Both the position numbers and the translations under genes were made by a program. From Heteronotia binoei (taxonomy: Eukaryota): a DNA stretch of 64,000 bases. The notes under the pieces are model-generated. The model saw nothing but the letters and a program-made list of their open reading frames with translations. It did not search any database and had not been told where the DNA came from. Location of the stretch: the NCBI RefSeq assembly GCF_032191835.1, contig NC_083224.1, forward strand, positions 22,630,001 to 22,694,000, given 5' to 3'. This document shows positions 61,520 through 64,000 of this stretch, piece by piece. Numbering within the stretch: position 1 is the stretch's first letter; each line of letters begins with the position of its first letter.

Positions 61520-61961
61520 TATGTCAACAAATTATGCCAACAAATCTAGAAAACGCAACAGTGGCCACAGGATTGGAAAAGATCAGTTTATATTCCAATC
61601 CCAAAGAAGGGTAATGCCAAGGAATGTTCAAACTATCACACCATTGCACTCATTTCTCATGAGTTAACATGACCTTGCTGGCATAGGTCATGTTAACGAT
61701 CCTACAAGCTAGGCTTCAGCAGTATGTCGATCGGGAACTACCAGAAATTCGAGCTGGGTTTTGGAGAGGCAGAGGAACTAGAGATCAAATTGCCAACATT
61801 CACTGGATTAAGGAGAAAGCGCGGGAGTATCAGAAAAACGTCTATTTCTGCTTCATTGACTATGCTAAAGCCTTTGATTGTGTGGATCACAACAAACTGT
61901 GGCAAGTCCTTAAAGAGATGGGAGTACCTGACCACCTCACATGTCTCCTGAGAAACCTGTA
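61520..61961 (+). mobile_element. BovB LINE fragment, well preserved, cut by the Maverick insertion
   Basis: ILQARLQQYVDRELPEIRAGFWRGRGTRDQIANIHWIKEKAREYQKNVYFCFIDYAKAFDCVDHNKLWQVLKEMGVPDHLTCLLRNL ends abruptly at AACCTGTA. Confidence 0.95.
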
Positions 61962-62192
61962 AGTAGTAAATAGCCCCCCACGCATTTTTAAGGAAGGGGG
62001 CGTGGCCAGTGACATCACCAGAAGCTGTGTCAACCCATGCATAATTAATGAAGGGGGCATGGCCAGTGACATCACATCCGGTGACGTCACCGGAAACTCT
62101 CATCAGGTCATGACCCCAATGATGTCACACCCAGGTCATGACCCCACCCCCATGTGACCTAGCCCCCATCAATCACCATTTATGCCCCACCA

Positions 62193-62442
62193 TGACGTAG
62201 CTACCCCGCATATTTAATTAATTAAGCACCTCCAGGAAATGACCTTACTGACTCACACCACGTGATGCAGCCAGGCCAATCAGCATCTATGTCCACCCCG
62301 CTGTGACGTAGCTACCCCGCATATTTAATTAATTAAGCACCTCCTCCAGGAAATGACCTTACTGACTCACACCACGTGGCGTAGCCAGGCCAATCAGCAT
62401 CTATGTCCACCCCCGCTGTGACGTAGCAACCCTGCATATTAA
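62193..62442 (+). promoter_or_regulatory. 2.2 x ~111-bp tandem repeat in the Maverick terminal region, rich in TF motifs
   Basis: Units start at 62193, 62304 and 62419. Each full unit contains TGACGT, TGACTCA, CACGTG, GGCCAATCAG and TTAATTAATTAA. Confidence 0.7.
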
Positions 62443-62732
62443 TCGAGCAGGCTGGAAATCACACGTGTAGCCCCTTCCCCTGCCCCCTTCTCTACTGCCA
62501 CCCACTGCAGTGTCATTGAACTTCAGCCTGTGGCACCCCACCCCGGAAATTGGGGCCATCACTGAGAAGGCCTGAGTAGGTCTGTGTGACCCCTCTAACA
62601 ACATGCCCAGTCACCCCTGGCCAATAGCAAATGGGGCTGGGGTCCACCCCCACCCAGCCCACCCCCACCAGGTTTTTTTAGAAAAGGAGCCATTTGTGCT
62701 TGAACACACGTGCACAGGCTCTTGCTGAGAAC

Positions 62733-63385
62733 ATGAAAACTTCGGCCAGGTCCAAGGTATTCACCACACCACTGCCATTGGGGAGGCCTAGCTTCAACAA
62801 CATTGGCGCTTCTGGCAGGCAGCTGGTATTTGACATTCCTTCTGCATCTACTACGTACTTTGGCGGCGTCCCTATGCGCTGTACTTACCGAATCTCCAAT
62901 GAGGCTGCGGAGATGCCCGAGCACTCCGCAACTCCAGAGGTAAATGGCTGAACAGAAAACACAATGATGCCTGCATGGGGAAGCCAGCATGATGTGTGGA
63001 TGGCGCTTTCCAGCCGCCCTGAAGATGAGATGGACTTGGGAATGCCCAACCCGCTGTGGTGTATTTACCGGGACCCTGCTGAGCAGTTTGAAGATGATGA
63101 TGAAACTCAAGAGGGGGGTGAAAATGAAGAGGTTTTAGATGAATCCACGGAACAAGAGAATGTGGTTGTCAAACTCACAGGTAATCAGGTAAAGCAGTGT
63201 TTGTGAATGGGTGTGTAATGAAGGCGGGTGATGGGCTTTTTCACTGAGCTGCTTTTTTTTGACAGCTTGATGAGAATTTTATCCAGGCTTTCAGTAACCT
63301 TCGCATCGGTAACCCTGTTGACATGAATCTAACGTGTGTCATGTTTCTGTACCAAAGTTACCCAGTGCGACAAGAAGAAGAATAA
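62733..63385 (+). pseudogene. Candidate spliced Maverick accessory gene (62733-63188 + 63266-63385) with one internal TGA
   Basis: ORFs 62694..62951 and 62964..63206 share a frame, separated only by TGA 62949-51. CAG|GTAAAG donor, TTTTTTTTGACAG acceptor, open second exon to TAA 63383-85, AATAAA at 63420. Confidence 0.45.
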
Positions 63386-63474
63386 AATTAATAATAAGCA
63401 GAAGAGGTAGTTCTGATACAATAAAGACATTTGTTTTATAACCTTGTGTGATCATTTCTGAGTTAAGCGGGGCA

Positions 63475-64000
63475 ATGATGGAGGCAGTGGATGAAGAGGA
63501 GGCCTTAAGACACATGTATTATACACCCGGAAAAGCAGGGAGCTTTGGCGGGGTGAGGCCTCTCTTCCAGGCAGCCAAAAAGCAGTGTAAAGCTCTCACT
63601 CAAAATCATGTTACTAACTGGCTTTCAGAGCAAGATGCTTACACATTGCATAAGCAAGCCTGCGTCCGCTTTAAGAGAAACAAGACCATGGTTTCTGGTC
63701 TCGATGCCCAGTGGCAGGAGGATTTAGTTCATATGCAAAAATTTTCCAAAAATAATGACAGCTACATTTTAACAGTTGTTGACATATTGTCTAAATATAC
63801 CTGAGCTTTGGCCTTAAAAGACAAGACGGGGAGGGTGTCGAAAGCCCTTAAGGAAATTTTCAAACAAGGTAGAATACCTGCCAAGCTTCAGACTGATGCA
63901 GGTAAAGAGTTTCTAAACCAGTCTGTAAGCAGCGTGTTAAAGCAACACGGAGTCCACCACTTTTACACCCATAATGAAGTCAAAGCAGCTATTGTGGAGC
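63475..64000 (+). pseudogene. Polinton/Maverick retroviral-type (DDE) integrase, one nonsense codon, truncated by window end
   Basis: YYTPGKAGSFGG..L, WLSEQDAYTLHK, WQEDLVHMQ, LTVVDILSKYT* then in the same frame ALALKDKTG...KLQTDAGKEFLN...HFYTHNEVKAAIVE. TGA at 63802-04 replaces the usual Trp. Confidence 0.92.

Larger units (their letters stand above)
61962..64000 (+). mobile_element. Maverick/Polinton, left end (continues beyond window)
   Basis: Begins AGTAGT exactly where BovB homology stops. Followed by a repeat-rich terminal region and a Polinton-type integrase. Confidence 0.88.

Noticed and set aside
63805-63845. Suspected frameshift in the Maverick integrase after the stop codon
   Set aside because: Coordinate counting shows 63841 is in the same frame as 63475, so only the single TGA disrupts the visible part.

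Overview
Vertebrate genomic DNA, most likely a squamate and probably a gecko. This is inferred from the BovB/RTE/CR1/L2/Penelope LINEs, the Sauria-type and other tRNA-derived SINEs, and the SCAN-KRAB-ZNF architecture. The window holds a + strand tandem cluster of three paralogous SCAN-(KRAB)-C2H2 zinc-finger genes with a shared exon plan: SCAN, 115-bp exon, 71-bp exon, 127-bp KRAB-A, 120-bp linker, zinc-finger exon. The three genes are in different states. Gene 1 (SCAN exon lies upstream of the window) is open with about 23 fingers. Gene 2 has a TAG in exon 2 that an in-frame cryptic donor could bypass. Gene 3 has lost KRAB through an in-frame deletion fusing the first 6 KRAB codons to the finger array, giving a predicted 603-aa SCAN-ZNF. 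Introns and intergenic DNA are dense with TEs. Many insertions can be delimited exactly by TSDs and by empty sites in the paralogs. The most unusual items are: (1) two hAT-type elements with the same termini and 8-bp TSDs but unrelated CpG-island, host-like interiors (Pack-TYPE-like; 894 bp and 3489 bp), both inserted at Penelope hammerhead-ribozyme remnants; (2) a 700-bp insertion with ~170-bp terminal inverted repeats and a 14-bp TSD; (3) the left end of a Maverick/Polinton (AGTAGT terminus, enhancer-like tandem repeats, a possible spliced orphan gene, retroviral-type integrase) inserted into a BovB LINE and running off the right edge. Gene-model and TSD coordinates were counted by hand. Degraded-repeat boundaries are approximate. 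Family names come from recognition of sequence, not from a database search.
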